DNA of 64,000 nucleotides, taken from Balanoglossus misakiensis (taxonomy: Eukaryota; Animalia; Hemichordata). Made by a program: the position numbers and the translations under genes. The notes beneath the pieces were generated by a model. It had not been told where the DNA came from. It saw only the letters and a program-made list of their open reading frames with translations, and did no database searches. Below, in pieces: positions 20,701-33,167 of this stretch. Each line of letters begins with the position of its first letter. The stretch's first letter is position 1. The stretch lies in assembly GCA_040954595.2 (NCBI GenBank), contig CM082581.2:13217921-13281920 (forward strand), written 5' to 3'.

Positions 20701-23700
20701 AACAGGTCATGACAATTCACAGAATTAAATTGGATTTGGGCAGACATTGGAAAACACAGAAATTTGTACCTGGAATTGAACAAATTTAACCCATCATATA
20801 ACATACATATATCAAGGAAGACAAGCACTGGTATATAATAAGCCCATTTTGGTATGATATTATTTTACTTGAATTTGGTTTGGTTTGGTCGAAATTCATC
20901 TGCGAAAGGATATCAGTGGACAGAAAGCCGCCGATGACTTTTGACCTACCTTTGGAGAAAGTCTTGGAATGGCAATCTCACTGAATATCCCATACGTCTT
21001 ATTCTGGTCGTCTCCAAGACACCAGTGTATCTGAGTTGATTCAAGACCATCTGGTCTTCAAATCTTCCAGGCTGTTTCTGATGATTTGGTTTGATGCAGC
21101 GGACAAACTGTGGCTGCGCTGTCAACATCTTTTCCATCAGGTCGGTCAGTGACTCCTGGTGTGGGAGGGGAGACAAGAAAGTCTATTACAGTAAATCGGA
21201 TCGCGTTTATGAAATGACTGGAAAACAGTCATTGACCCCCAACGGGGGGGGGGACTGCTAAGAAGGGGTTAATCAATCCATCCACCGAAAACTCACCTTG
21301 AAGTAGGCACCAACAGTTAACCCTTGCTGGTTATCTTCTTTTGGTCCACTGCTCAATCTGCGAAGACAAAACCATGGATATTCATTCCAGCAACACCATC
21401 TGTGAAAAGTTGCCTCTTCATAACAAACAATCATGGTGTGAATTTTATGAATCGCTCAATTAACATTTTCTAATATAAGAACAGTGATGTGTTTGCTTGC
21501 TTACCTGTGATTCTGTTGGTTGCTGGCTTTCAGATCAGGTTGCTGGGCACACAGCAATATGGCTCTCCTGTCTCTGGCTCGGCTGCTAGACCTGTTCAAA
21601 GCATAACACGCATGAAAATCATGATAGTAATCAGTCAAACAGGCAGAGACATAGAGCACATATGTCTCACACTTATTATCATGTTTAATATTGTGACTTG
21701 GCGAAGCGGTCGCTGTCCTTACCGTCTGTTCATTGATCCAGTTCTTGATAGTTTAGCTTTGAACAATTTACAGATCAAGGCATTCTGAGAATTCTTCATG
21801 CAATCAACAAGCGTCTTGTTCAGCGTGTCTCGGTTCTTTTCTAGGAACCCCACAGCATTGTACACAACCTGTAGGAAATACGAGTTCCATGAAATCACTG
21901 ACCCGTCAATCTGTATATACCTGTATTATGACTTCCTATACTTGAACATACATCAACCTAAAAGCGTAATGAACAATCCAATTTGTCAACATGATACCCT
22001 TAAAGAATATGATTCTTCCTAACACATTAACCCACCTGCCCAGCATAATGGTTGATGCCAAACAGAGCGCCTCTATTGATTCCAGAGGCTGCAACGTAGG
22101 CTGGATTTCGACCACACTTGTTGTTGAACTTGAGAACCAGAGTGTCATCCGTTGCTTGTGGAAATTTGCTTTCCTCATCCAGAAGAGATAGGATCCCAAC
22201 TGGCCTCTGAAACGAATCGCACAATTTTAACATATAATTTCAATGCGTTTGTCACAGTTTCCAGGCCTTAAAATTAGCATAATAACATCGCGTCTTTTGA
22301 CTACAAATTTCTCAATATGTAAATTGGTAGCCAGTTTGAATACTATTACAGGTCTGACACCTGGCAAGCCTTCTGCAGTTTGTTGTATGCAAAACGCAAA
22401 TTACATAACCCTCATAGTATTGTGGATCTTCAAAATCCATCGTGTGTGTTTTTAACTCATTACAGCATTTAGCCTCTGGGCAATACTTACAGCCATGAGT
22501 AATTCCAGCAAGTGTTTGTTGTTCGTGAACTTGATTTCTTTCATGGAGACGCCTTCCTGCGCATACTCAGCTTGTTCCCAGGCGAAGATGTTCTGGTTGA
22601 AGTAGTACTGGAGTTGTTCATTCGTCATGTTGATGCATAGCTGTTCAAAACTGTTGTGTTTGAAATTCTCAAACCCTGAGATGTCCAGAATGCCCAAACT
22701 GCTGCTTGGCCCACCACTGAAATAAACGATGGTACATATATTAGGCGGACTAGCCCAGTCAGTTTGTCGTTTTCTGAACACTCTGATGAAATATAGATAC
22801 ACTGAAAATGCTAGTTTTCATTTTCTTTTCAACCACCTGGTTGTCTAAAACTAATAATGTTGATTCAATACCTGTATTCATTGCCAGATGCAAGCATATC
22901 ATTCACTTGGCAGACTATCCACCCGAACAATCGGCCATACAGAGCCTTACACAGTGCATCTCTTCCATCATTGGCTTGGTCCACGGTTTTCAGCATCACT
23001 ATCTGCTCACCTCTTGTGTAAGTTGTGTTAGAAATGAGGGCAGCGGCAAGGTCAACCGGATCAATGCTTAAAAGGTTACTCACTACATAAATAAATAAAT
23101 AAATAATAATCATTAGTTTAGAATATGTTGAGATCATCAACAACGTCTGTTGTCTTTGGTAGATAACTGAAGAGAGATAATTGATGATTTAGCGAGAAAA
23201 CTTACCAACTTTAAGATAATATTCATCAGCAACGTAAGCGCTGTCAAATTCGTTATCAAGTTCAAATTCAATATCAGATACGTTCAAGATGGCTGCTATG
23301 ACTGACTGTATGGAGTGCACATCCTAGCAACAAAGGAGAAAGAAAAATAATGGTTGCCTACCGAAAATGTATGATTTAAAAAGGTTGGACTTAGTGAACA
23401 ACAAAATGTTGCCGTTCCGTTCTTTTCAGGGTGATTCATCCGTGGTTTTCATGCAGATATATCGATCATGCATATGACTTGTCCTGTGCAAACATTCAGA
23501 ACTTACATCGTGTGAAAATCCAACAGTGGACATCAATTGTCTCAGCTCGTCATACTTTGTCTGGCAAAAATTAAAATGGTCACCACTTGTGTACACTTCA
23601 TTCACTGAATGAGTGCCACTTAAGATTCTGAAAATTAGAAAATAATATCACCATGTAAGACAATTATCACCATAGCAACATAACAACAGCTTGAGCATTT

Positions 23701-25733
23701 GCATAGTCTTATTATAATGACATCAATTGTGAAAACAAAAGGAGTTTTAGGACTTTAAATTTTACCTGTGTTTGTCTGGTGATAAGAGATAATATTGCAA
23801 CAGTTCGTTTTCGGTCAGACCAGCAAACATGTAATAAAATATATGAAAGTTTCTCTCTCCCGGATTCTGGGATACCACTCTAGATTTCTCCAGTAAATAT
23901 TCTTCAATATTGGCTGAAAGAAGATAAAACTGGTCAATCAGACTGTCTAATGTATTGACCAAATTGACAATGCTCTTCTGGGAGCTGTTCCTTTGTAAAT
24001 CAGTGAGGTCACGTGTCCATCAAACTATCATTTACACACATTACAAGAAGGATAAATTTAATGCCGTGTCCTCACCTCCTATCACTTTTCCATCAGATGT
24101 AAATTTTAAATCCACGAATTTGCCAAACCGACTTGAGTTCTGATTCATCACAGTCTGAGCATTCCCAAATGCTTCTAATAGAGGATTCACCTGGACATGG
24201 AACAGATAAGTTATTGTTAATATACCATTTAGTATAACATTGCCATGGTTAGAGCTAGTTGCTACCTATATAGTCTTACCTGTAGAATTTTGTCTTGGAG
24301 ACCGCGCTGCTGAGAATGACAGTGGTTCATCACATGCTGAATGATCAGTTTAGTTGTCTCTGTTTTACCGGCTCCAGATTCTCCGCTGATGACGCAACAT
24401 TGATTGACCCCCGTGCGCTTCATCTGCTGGTATGCCTTGTCGGCCACGGCGAATATGTGTGGCCGCATGGATCGCCTGTACTTCAAATTAACATACTTGC
24501 TCGAGATCTTCCAAGAACAAAACAGATAATATTGACAGTCTTATTATTTGAACAATTTTATGCTCAGAATGAAACTCATCAACAATAGCAACAAGATGGA
24601 AGTTGTAATACACCAGGCAATTAACGCCGAAAATTGTATGCAACCAAAACATATTTCTTGTCACTATACGCCTATATATAGTGTGTTTGATTTATGACGG
24701 GAATGTGACCGAGTCAAATATCTTGGCTACCAGGCGAGTGACATTTTGAAATAAGTTCTGCCCGGTAACGTTCTCAAAATATGGTATGGTTTCTTTTCTG
24801 CTCTTCGCCTAAAGTGTTCTCGTGTATTACCTACTGACAATTTGACATCTGGAGACTGAAGTTGTTTTAAAGCGACTTAATTTCTTTTTCCGAGACTCGT
24901 TCTGGGTCTTTCACCCTTCCTTTTCTTAATCGTAATCAAAGCATCGCGTAATGACAGAAGACAGCGACTCTTTGGCGCTAGAAAAGTACACCATCATGCA
25001 CTTCGGCTTTGTTATATCCAGGGCTGTCAATGATACGAAAGCCCTCTCTGACCCAAGTTAATGGATTTTGTTTGCTATTCATACCTCGAAAGTATAAATT
25101 GGCAGAGCACGGCACGGGTTGACCGCCAGTAATATATCACCGATGTATGTCTGCAAGATAAAAAACACACACGCAGGATTGAAAACGAAATAAAATGCAA
25201 CAGAAACGAAACCGAATTCATGATACAAAATTCATGATACAAAAATGTAGTTCGACCCTCAATAGAAATGGCGATATATGAAGACCAATTTTCAAAGAGG
25301 TAGTCAACCAAAACATTTGGTGGAACGACAGATTTTCCTTTCTCTGTATCATAATGCAAATATCAAAGTCCATATTTAAAACGATAATCAATCTACTGGT
25401 GTGTTGAATGTGTGACCAACCTTAGCCGCCATGCATCATATTGATCATATGCTTTTTAAATTAAATACAACACTGTGTGTTTTACCATTTCGTTCACTTT
25501 CTGTACCCAAAGAAACTTGCCACAATCCGCAAGTGATACTTATATTTACTGAAACGACGAAAAAGCGGAACTTAAACCAAACGCCTATGAAATGATAGGA
25601 ATGTATTCTTGCAGAGTAGACCACTTACATAGATATGGTCTTTCTTAAACCTGGCCTTCAACTGTTCTAAGATTGTCTTCTCGTCCAGTACGCTCAGTGT
25701 GGCCAGATCGTCGATGAGCTTGCCGTCCGCCAT
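17712..25733 (-). CDS. Unconventional myosin (class III-related motor, no kinase) with IQ motif and C-terminal SMAD MH2-like domain
   Basis: ATG 25733 ([18 protein letters not shown]). Motor motifs: [12 protein letters not shown]-loop [77 protein letters not shown] motif [11 protein letters not shown]. Then MH2-like exons and a charged tail; stop at 17712-17714. Confidence 0.92.
18805..19630 (-). other. MH2 (SMAD/DWB)-like domain encoded by three exons of the myosin gene
   Basis: [10 protein letters not shown]...SPTLLIDGS...[12 protein letters not shown]....[15 protein letters not shown]...VFDINEF...SLSFIK....TPCWVSI parallels SMAD WCSIAYYE...SLTVDGF...RRHIGRGVRL...GEVFAECLSDSAIFV...IFNNQEF...RMSFVK...TPCWIEL. 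Confidence 0.88.
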
Positions 25734-28700
25734 AATCGCTCTTCCCTTCCTTGGTTAATACTCTCCGTTAAACCACTCCCCCTTTACTCCCTTCTGTTGA
25801 GTAGAAAATACATCAATCTTGTCAGAGTTAAGTAAATAATGCATATGAAAATATCGGGTTGGTCACTGCGGTGATACGTACCCAACGTTTGAATTCAATA
25901 CGGGTCCCCCAACTGGTTTGGTACAGTAAGTCACGAATCTATGATCAACTAGGCCATTTAGTGCCAGTCAACATCAAAACTTCGCCAGTATCGTGTGTAA
26001 GCGTGTCTGGTCTCACATTGGCAGTGGTGCAAGGCTCGCGGGCATGGCTCAGTAACCCCTACACATACTTAAAAATCAGTTTGATGCCGGCGCCATGGAG
26101 CTCGTGTCTGTACTGACGTTTTTCAGAGATTCGCGGAAGTTAAAGTCTGTCGTCTGAAACCCCACCAACGAAAGTCCTCTGAATGTAAAACGCCAAAGTC
26201 AACATTTACCATTCACACATTTTAACTGGTAAGAATTGAATCTCAAGAGATGTCCCTATAAAAATATGCAAGTTATGAGACGTCGACACACAAGGGGGTC
26301 TGCGCATGGAAGTACGAGACCCTGGGAAGATATGTATTGTTTTAGTCTTTTGTTAGATTGTAATTAAAACGGCATAATGCAAATGATGGCAGAATAATAA
26401 GCTATTTATCGTTGATATTTAAATGGTTAGCCATTGTTATGCAATGTTACCTATCATTGGGAGTGGTCGCCTCCGGGATCAACAGTTAGCGAATATGAGT
26501 CATCGTTCCGGGGTCATCGTCGGGATGGTGGCAACTGAACCTGCCGGTAGCCACAAAATTCTGCGTATTTTTTGTGTGGACACACTTCAAATTCTAGTAC
26601 ATCGGTGCACAATTAGCGTCTGTTGGCCATAATTGCAGTACCACATGTACACACACCTAAGCTTATACCTTCAAAACCAGGATTATTCCAGAAGTCTTAT
26701 GGACACGTGATGCTCAGTGTTATGGGGGGAATTAGAGAAGGGCCACACGAGACGGTCGTTGCCGATATAGAGAATAAACAAACTATAAAAATGTCAAGAA
26801 ATCCATACTTTATATTCGAGTATTTTTATTGCGATACATAATTCTACGATAATCGGAGCGCCTAGCCACACGCACGCTGCAGTGCAATCGTGGGATGGCT
26901 GAAGCTACACAGAGACTCGGTGGAAACAACCTGTTGATCAGGCCAGGCCCGCTCCGCGCGCGTATACGCATCTCGTCTTTGAGGTTGGCGATAACTTGTC
27001 CACCCATAAGCTTACTTCTCTGTCTGGTATATGATAGAACCTATGCTGTAGTGTTTACGGGCATTGTGTGACGAAAGGCCAGCCGTGTTTGAAGGCATAG
27101 TTTGGTGTCTACTTACTGGTAACCAAAAACCATGAGCCTTTTAGTGTGTCCTTTTCCAGTCCACCACTTTGTAAGATTTGTGACACAATGCCGTTTGACT
27201 GAAAAGAACTATACACTTGCCTCTGGGCCTTTAGTGTTAAATGCTAGTATCCTTGCCAGAAAAATACACATTTAAGTCCTAATTAAAATGAGTCTGTTAC
27301 GACATTTGGAAGCTTTTGGTCATATTTAAAGTCCTACAGACCACAATGGTATCCTCGGGATTGAAGTAAGCAACTGGTACTATGAACGTCGCGTCAATCT
27401 TCATCAGCAAACATTAAATGATTAACTCATTACATGTAATCCGGGTCAGACAAAACTATATATAACTGTAACAGATAACTCAGATACTGACCAAGATAAA
27501 ACTCACGTACTTTGCTGCTCAAATTATGCACTGTCTGGGGGATGGTACAGGTGACCTTCGTTTTGGTAAAAATTTACACGTAAGGCTGTTGTCGAATCCA
27601 CACACCGAGTTTGCTCGGTTAGAACGTGGACGTATCGATGTGACGTTAGTAGGAAACAGGTAGCAATGTAAGCATATATGTAAATAATGGACAATTGTTA
27701 TATTCGAGACGTTTTCAAACTGCTAATGGATACGTACCCGCTGCTTAAAATCGAAAGGTATCGTGTTTCCACAACTCTACTTCGTCTGATTTTCGGTCGT
27801 GCCAGGGCGTGATGTCGCTGTCGTCTCTCTTCTACCTCAACTGTTGGACGTGGTATATTACACGTAATATGCTCGTAGCTCAGGGACCAAACAAGGTGTG
27901 ATGACCTTCACGCTTTCACTTTAGTGAGGGGCCATTTCTTACTCCACGACTCCCTGGATAGGTCAACCCCAATCGCCGAACTTCTCTACTATTTTTTGTT
28001 TGCGATCTTTGCTCCGAAAACTCGGGGACACTGCGAAAGATCCGAACGCTGACTAGTTAACTGACTTCTGCGCGCATACCGTTAAACAAACGCTACAACC
28101 CGGAAACGGCTAAGTCCTGCTGAATAATAACGCGATATCGCCGTGAATTACTCGGAACTGTGTGACGTAACGACTAAACCGCCCGCTCACATACGCCTGA
28201 GTCCTGCTGTACTTGTACCATGACCGATACGGGGGTAGTACAATTCATCTGGGAGGTTACACAACGTTGATGAGGGAGGGCGCCCGCGATTTATGCACAG
28301 ACGCTTCTCTGTTTATGATATTCTTGGTGGTTTCTTGGCAACGCAACGATGAATCGTAGCAAAACCCTCAGACTCTGGAACTATTTCGGACAGTGTTCAA
28401 AATGTGGACATATCTATTTGCCATGATGATCATCGATGTGTTTTTGCTCTTAGGTATTACAACTTGGACCAAAAGAGCGACGTGATGACTCTGCATTGGA
28501 AGACAAGGTCGAAATAATTATTTTTCCGGGTTCAATGTTTCACTCTGGGTGAGCACAGCCCCTGAAAGAAAAGCGCGTCCGAGAAAACATACAAATGAGC
28601 GAGAAAAGCCCGACCATGACCCCCTATGCATGGTTTGGTAATTACAATTGACAATTCTTAGCCTTTGTGCCTCAATGGTGTCGAAAGCCAGAAAACTTGT

Positions 28701-28997
28701 TGTCTGACTGTATGGTAATTACTTTCTCAAGTGGTCAATTGGCACCAGAAACGAGTCAAATGACAGTACATGTGAGAAGACTGTGTTTTAGCTGACACTT
28801 ATCGAGTCGTTTACAGATGAGCGCGACATGTAAGACGCTTTCGATGCATAGGAGAAGTTGGACCAGAAGTATTATACATAAGCTATACTGTCATGCAGGT
28901 TTTAAAAAAGATTCTGTTACAGAGCATGCGCAAGGTCATACGTGTGCAGGGAGGTGAAATGACTATATCTGCATAATTGGGTAGGGCGATGCAGCGT

Positions 28998-29050
28998 GAT
29001 TGGCTGTTGGCGACAGACCCACCTGGTGACTGGGTCAGACGCTATAAAAA
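28998..29050 (+). promoter_or_regulatory. Core promoter (inverted CCAAT plus TATA box) of the FREM-like gene
   Basis: GATTGG at ~28998 and TATAAAAA at 29043-29050, about 125 nt upstream of the ATG at 29174. Confidence 0.55.
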
Positions 29051-29173
29051 CCGGGTAATCTGATACACCACGTCAGTTGAGTCGTTTGGTTTTGGTGCCG
29101 TCAGTTGAGAAGAAGGGCTTTGAACTGCGCAGACGGATAAGCAGCTCCACATTTTCCACCAACCTTACTCGCC

Positions 29174-32100
29174 ATGCGGCTGTTCTTCGCCCTATCTTCG
29201 TGCGTGCTTCTTCTTTTTTGTTCCAGCCCCGTCTTCGGTGCGTTTGGAGACGATATTTCCACCGACAATGCCGATAACCGGTTCTCTAACATGGGTCAGG
29301 TCTACAAGGAAGACTTCAACGTGACGATGGGCCAAGTCGACATTTCACTTGTCGTTCAAGACACTGCCGGCATACAGGAAATCTGGATTTTGGATTTTCA
29401 ACCCTTTAGGTTCATTCAGAACGCTTTGCCTGTAGATGAGACATCTGGTAAGATGGTTTAATTTGTTTATTCAAGTACAATAGAAGCAAACAAGTTAGAT
29501 TTTGAAAAGAACCATGACATTATGCATGCAGCCTTTTTATTTCACAATTTGCTAAATTTAGACGAGGATGAACAAATGTAGTCATAAAATGCCAGCACTC
29601 AAAATTTCTTGACAACCTAAACGCAGTGACCAAAATATATGCCTTTGAAAGAAAACGGCACTTATTTTCAAGTAAACTATTTCAGTGAGCAGTCCGTGCA
29701 AAGCTCGCGGATTGTTTGTCGTCCATTTTGATTTTTGACACGCTCACTACAAAACGGTCACCTTGGCAGGTGTATATCATCACAATGCATCCAGGCGGCC
29801 AGATTGGCCGAGAGCAGTTATTCGGAAAACTGGTACACGTGCATGTGAAATTCGCTGATCTCTTAATTATTTATCAGGTCTGCTGGACATGTCAAGAACC
29901 GGGGAATGTTCCAGCGTCTATGAAGATTCCACCTTTCCAACATTTCTGCAAGACGATTACTTCACCAGTAAGACTGCAGCAGAACTGACTAGCAAAAAAC
30001 TATTCACGTCATTCGAGAGAAATGATGTATTGGACGGTAAGTTTTAAAATCGGTAAAGAAACTAAAACGGTGAAATTCTAGTAGTTTGCTAACGTCGTAT
30101 CCTCGGAACAAATTTCAGAAACACGACTAGTGGAATTAGAAACTACGGTTCACTTGAAGTAAGACTATTTTCTCGTATTTCAACCTCCAGGCGACAACCG
30201 AAGAAACCACAAGGTAGTTTACAGTGGTGATTTGCAGACTTTCTTCGAGTGCAAAAAATCCGATGGCTTGACTTCGATCTGGGATGTGACAGCGGACACG
30301 GCCGACGAGATAGAATATCGCACCAAATTGTACGCCACCAATGTTCGACCAAAGGATACGGCAGATGCCGCAGCGGGAATCTCCTTCGTCCAATCACATA
30401 TAGAACTAATCTGGAGACTTTCTCGTACTGCTATTGGAAAGGTAAAATATATCTTCTGTAAAATACGATAACTTGTAAGAAATGTAATGAACGTACCAGC
30501 GTTGTCGCCACTTCTGGTTTAAATTTGCCGGTCACCGTACGTATGAAACATGGTGTGCTCTTGGAAACTGAAGATTCGTGTAGGGCGAGGCAGTTTTGAA
30601 ATCGCCCATCTTGATATAACATTTAAAACGTTTCCTTCACAGTTCATCATTAGTTCAACCGCCATCTTGCAACCTATCTTCGAGTTTGCCATCGTGGGCA
30701 CAGTATACGACGAAAATGACCAGCCGGTGCCAACACAAGCAAACTTGCATCTCAGGTGTGTGGAACTTTATATATTTAGAACTTTATTGTTAATTCCTAA
30801 CCAGGGCAAAGTTTACGTTTATAAACTTTCACCAAGAGTAAAGTTGGAGATTTCACATTTTAGTCGATTTGCAATGTGCGCACCGCATTGTATGCTCTCA
30901 AAACAAAATAGGATATAATCTGAATCTGATTGCTTTGTCAGGCGTGTTCACATAGATGTTGGACACGTGCGTGATTTCGTTAACTTTTCGTATCCATCCT
31001 TTACAATTGCTCAGGTTCACAACAGTGTTTGATTCGGACAGTGCGATGGTGGTCTACGTACAAGACAGCGTGGCCTACATCCCGGACAACACGAACCACG
31101 ACATCAACAAGACGGTGTTGGAACCCCCATCAACCCTGGTGGGAACGCCAGTTTGCTCTATTGAACTCGATGTAGGTACTGGGTCACAGTTGCAATGTAG
31201 ACAGGTAGGTAATGTATAATATCTTTTATTGAGTGTTCCATTAGCCTAGTCTTTTTCATTGGCATTAACCCAATCTCATTTCCCCCACAGACATTCGATT
31301 TCAAATTTGTCTTGGATATAGACACGTCCCTGGCGACCAACAGTGTGCCGGTCGACGCAAGCGGTGTCTTTGAATTCCTCTTCAACACGTATACCTGTGA
31401 GACTGTTAATAACCAAACTGTGGTCAGTTCGTGTCTACTGAACACGGGTCAAGACCCCATCAAGGTTGCCGCAGCCATCACTCTTCAAACGACAGTGTTG
31501 CTTGAAGATGCTGAAGACGACCAGATTACCATCACCCTGGTCTCTCTCAGAGGTATGTTTTTTTGCTCGTTGTTTTTCGGTGTTCTGACCAATCGAGGAA
31601 ACTGTCGCTTCCGTTGACCGATAAATGGTCCAAGTGTATGGTACAGGCTGGCGAGCACAGCCATGTACTAGAATCCCGAGATTCGGACAATTCAATTCGC
31701 CTGTGAAGCTCAGCTATACATTTTTGACGGAACTGCAAGTTCTCGCTGCTCACCTGACTTCCAAGCAGTGCTATATTTAGCAACGTTTTAATGATTTCTA
31801 ATCAAAAAGGAGTCAACAACGTCGAATTCAGTGTCCCGGGTAGCAGAGGAGTTTTGCACAAAGAAGAGGTGACATTGGAGGTGAAATTTTCGCCAGCTTT
31901 GTTGCGAGAGGACTTCACGCTGGAACTACTGCTCTTCATGGTGTGTAGAGGCGAGGAATTTGCCGGCGATGGACGCCCTGATGTAAGCATATCTAAGAAT
32001 GATAACCTCGTGATATTACTTCGTTTAGAGGAATAACCACGACCATGATCAAATTGGCCGGGATCATCAAATTGGCCAGGATCATCACGATCGCTGAAGC

Positions 32101-33167
32101 CTCATCAACCTTTAGAATTGAGCGGTCATGGACGTCAGATGATCAAACCCCATGCAATTTATGAAAAATATACAGACATTTTTTGCACATGTTGGCATTC
32201 CATTCAGGTTTGCTAGTTGCAAAGACATTCATTTGAAACATTTATATACCATCTTAGGTGAGCACTTGCATGCCCGAATTCCAGTGGTTATGTTTTCTCA
32301 CTAGTTCCACCTCCTTTTCTATTCATAGGGTTGCCTTGAAGCCCCTCTGCAAGACAGATACGTCGCTCACGTTAACGACGCCTTTCGACTGCCCAGCGCT
32401 TATGGAAACGACACCTACAATGGAACGCACTTGGAAAATGACTATACCCAAGCCCTGGAAAGTCACAATTACGTGCAATTATCAACCGATGGATCTTTAC
32501 TTGCTGGTAAGTCTACTAGCATTTTCTCCATACATGGGAGTGATACTGGTGAACAAGAACTGATAATTTCACCACTAGAAAACAATGCATCATTTAGTGA
32601 CATTCGGCCTTGATATTCCGACATTTCTTGACATGACATTTCAATTTGCTCAGAAGACTGAATTTTTCCGTCATTGCGTCAGTCTCACCTCGCTTTTCTT
32701 TAACTTTTCCAGTTCCAATCCACCAGTCCGTGTTCATAAACAGGGCCCTGTCTGGCGAGTCGAACACTTACACAATTACAACCGTGTACAGACTACAAAA
32801 CAAAATCAGAAGGAAGCGAAGCGCCGAGACGGAGGAGGAAGAAATCGTATCGGAAGACATCGTCCTCCATCACGCTGTCCAAGACAACAGAATCGTCCAC
32901 ACCCGCCGTGCTCGCGCCATTGACGACAGTATTGGAGATCACCACAACGAGATTTATGCCTTTCAGGCGGCTGGGTGTCCAAAAGACGCTATCCACGACC
33001 GCGACGATTTGGAATGCATCTGTCCGAAATGGACCTACCTGAATGAGGACTTGTATCAGTGTGAAGCGAGCGTTTTCAAAGAAGTTCCTGTTGGCAGTAG
33101 CGATGTTATTAGGTCTTCAGTTCTTTCAGTTTGCTTAGCAATTTTGATGTTCCTCTTGTTTGGGTAG
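29174..33167 (+). CDS. Secreted, membrane/GPI-anchored protein made of a stand-alone FRAS1/FREM2/ECM3-like C-terminal domain; about 9 exons
   Basis: Signal peptide MRLFFALSSCVLLLFCSSPVFG. In-frame GT-AG exons start near 29174, 29878, 30191, 30643, 31015, 31290, 31810, 32329 and 32713. RRKR furin site at 32808-32819, a small Cys-rich module (C..C.C..C), and a hydrophobic C-terminus VLSVCLAILMFLLFG*. The gene itself is well supported; the family assignment comes from motif recall. Confidence 0.8.

Noticed and set aside
20904-20913. ATATCCTTT on the minus strand, resembling a U12 AT-AC donor in the myosin gene
   Set aside because: It lies inside an intron whose canonical GT donor (~20949) and AG acceptor already give the correct in-frame FLQR-YKFL junction.
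17712-25733. Calling the myosin MYO3A/B, or the tail a separate SMAD gene
   Set aside because: There is no kinase domain and no MH1 domain, and the exons connect in frame from IQ to MH2.
32048-32087. Two tandem ~19-bp copies (ATCAAATTGGCC.GGATC)
   Set aside because: A simple intronic duplication, not a CRISPR array or functional repeat.
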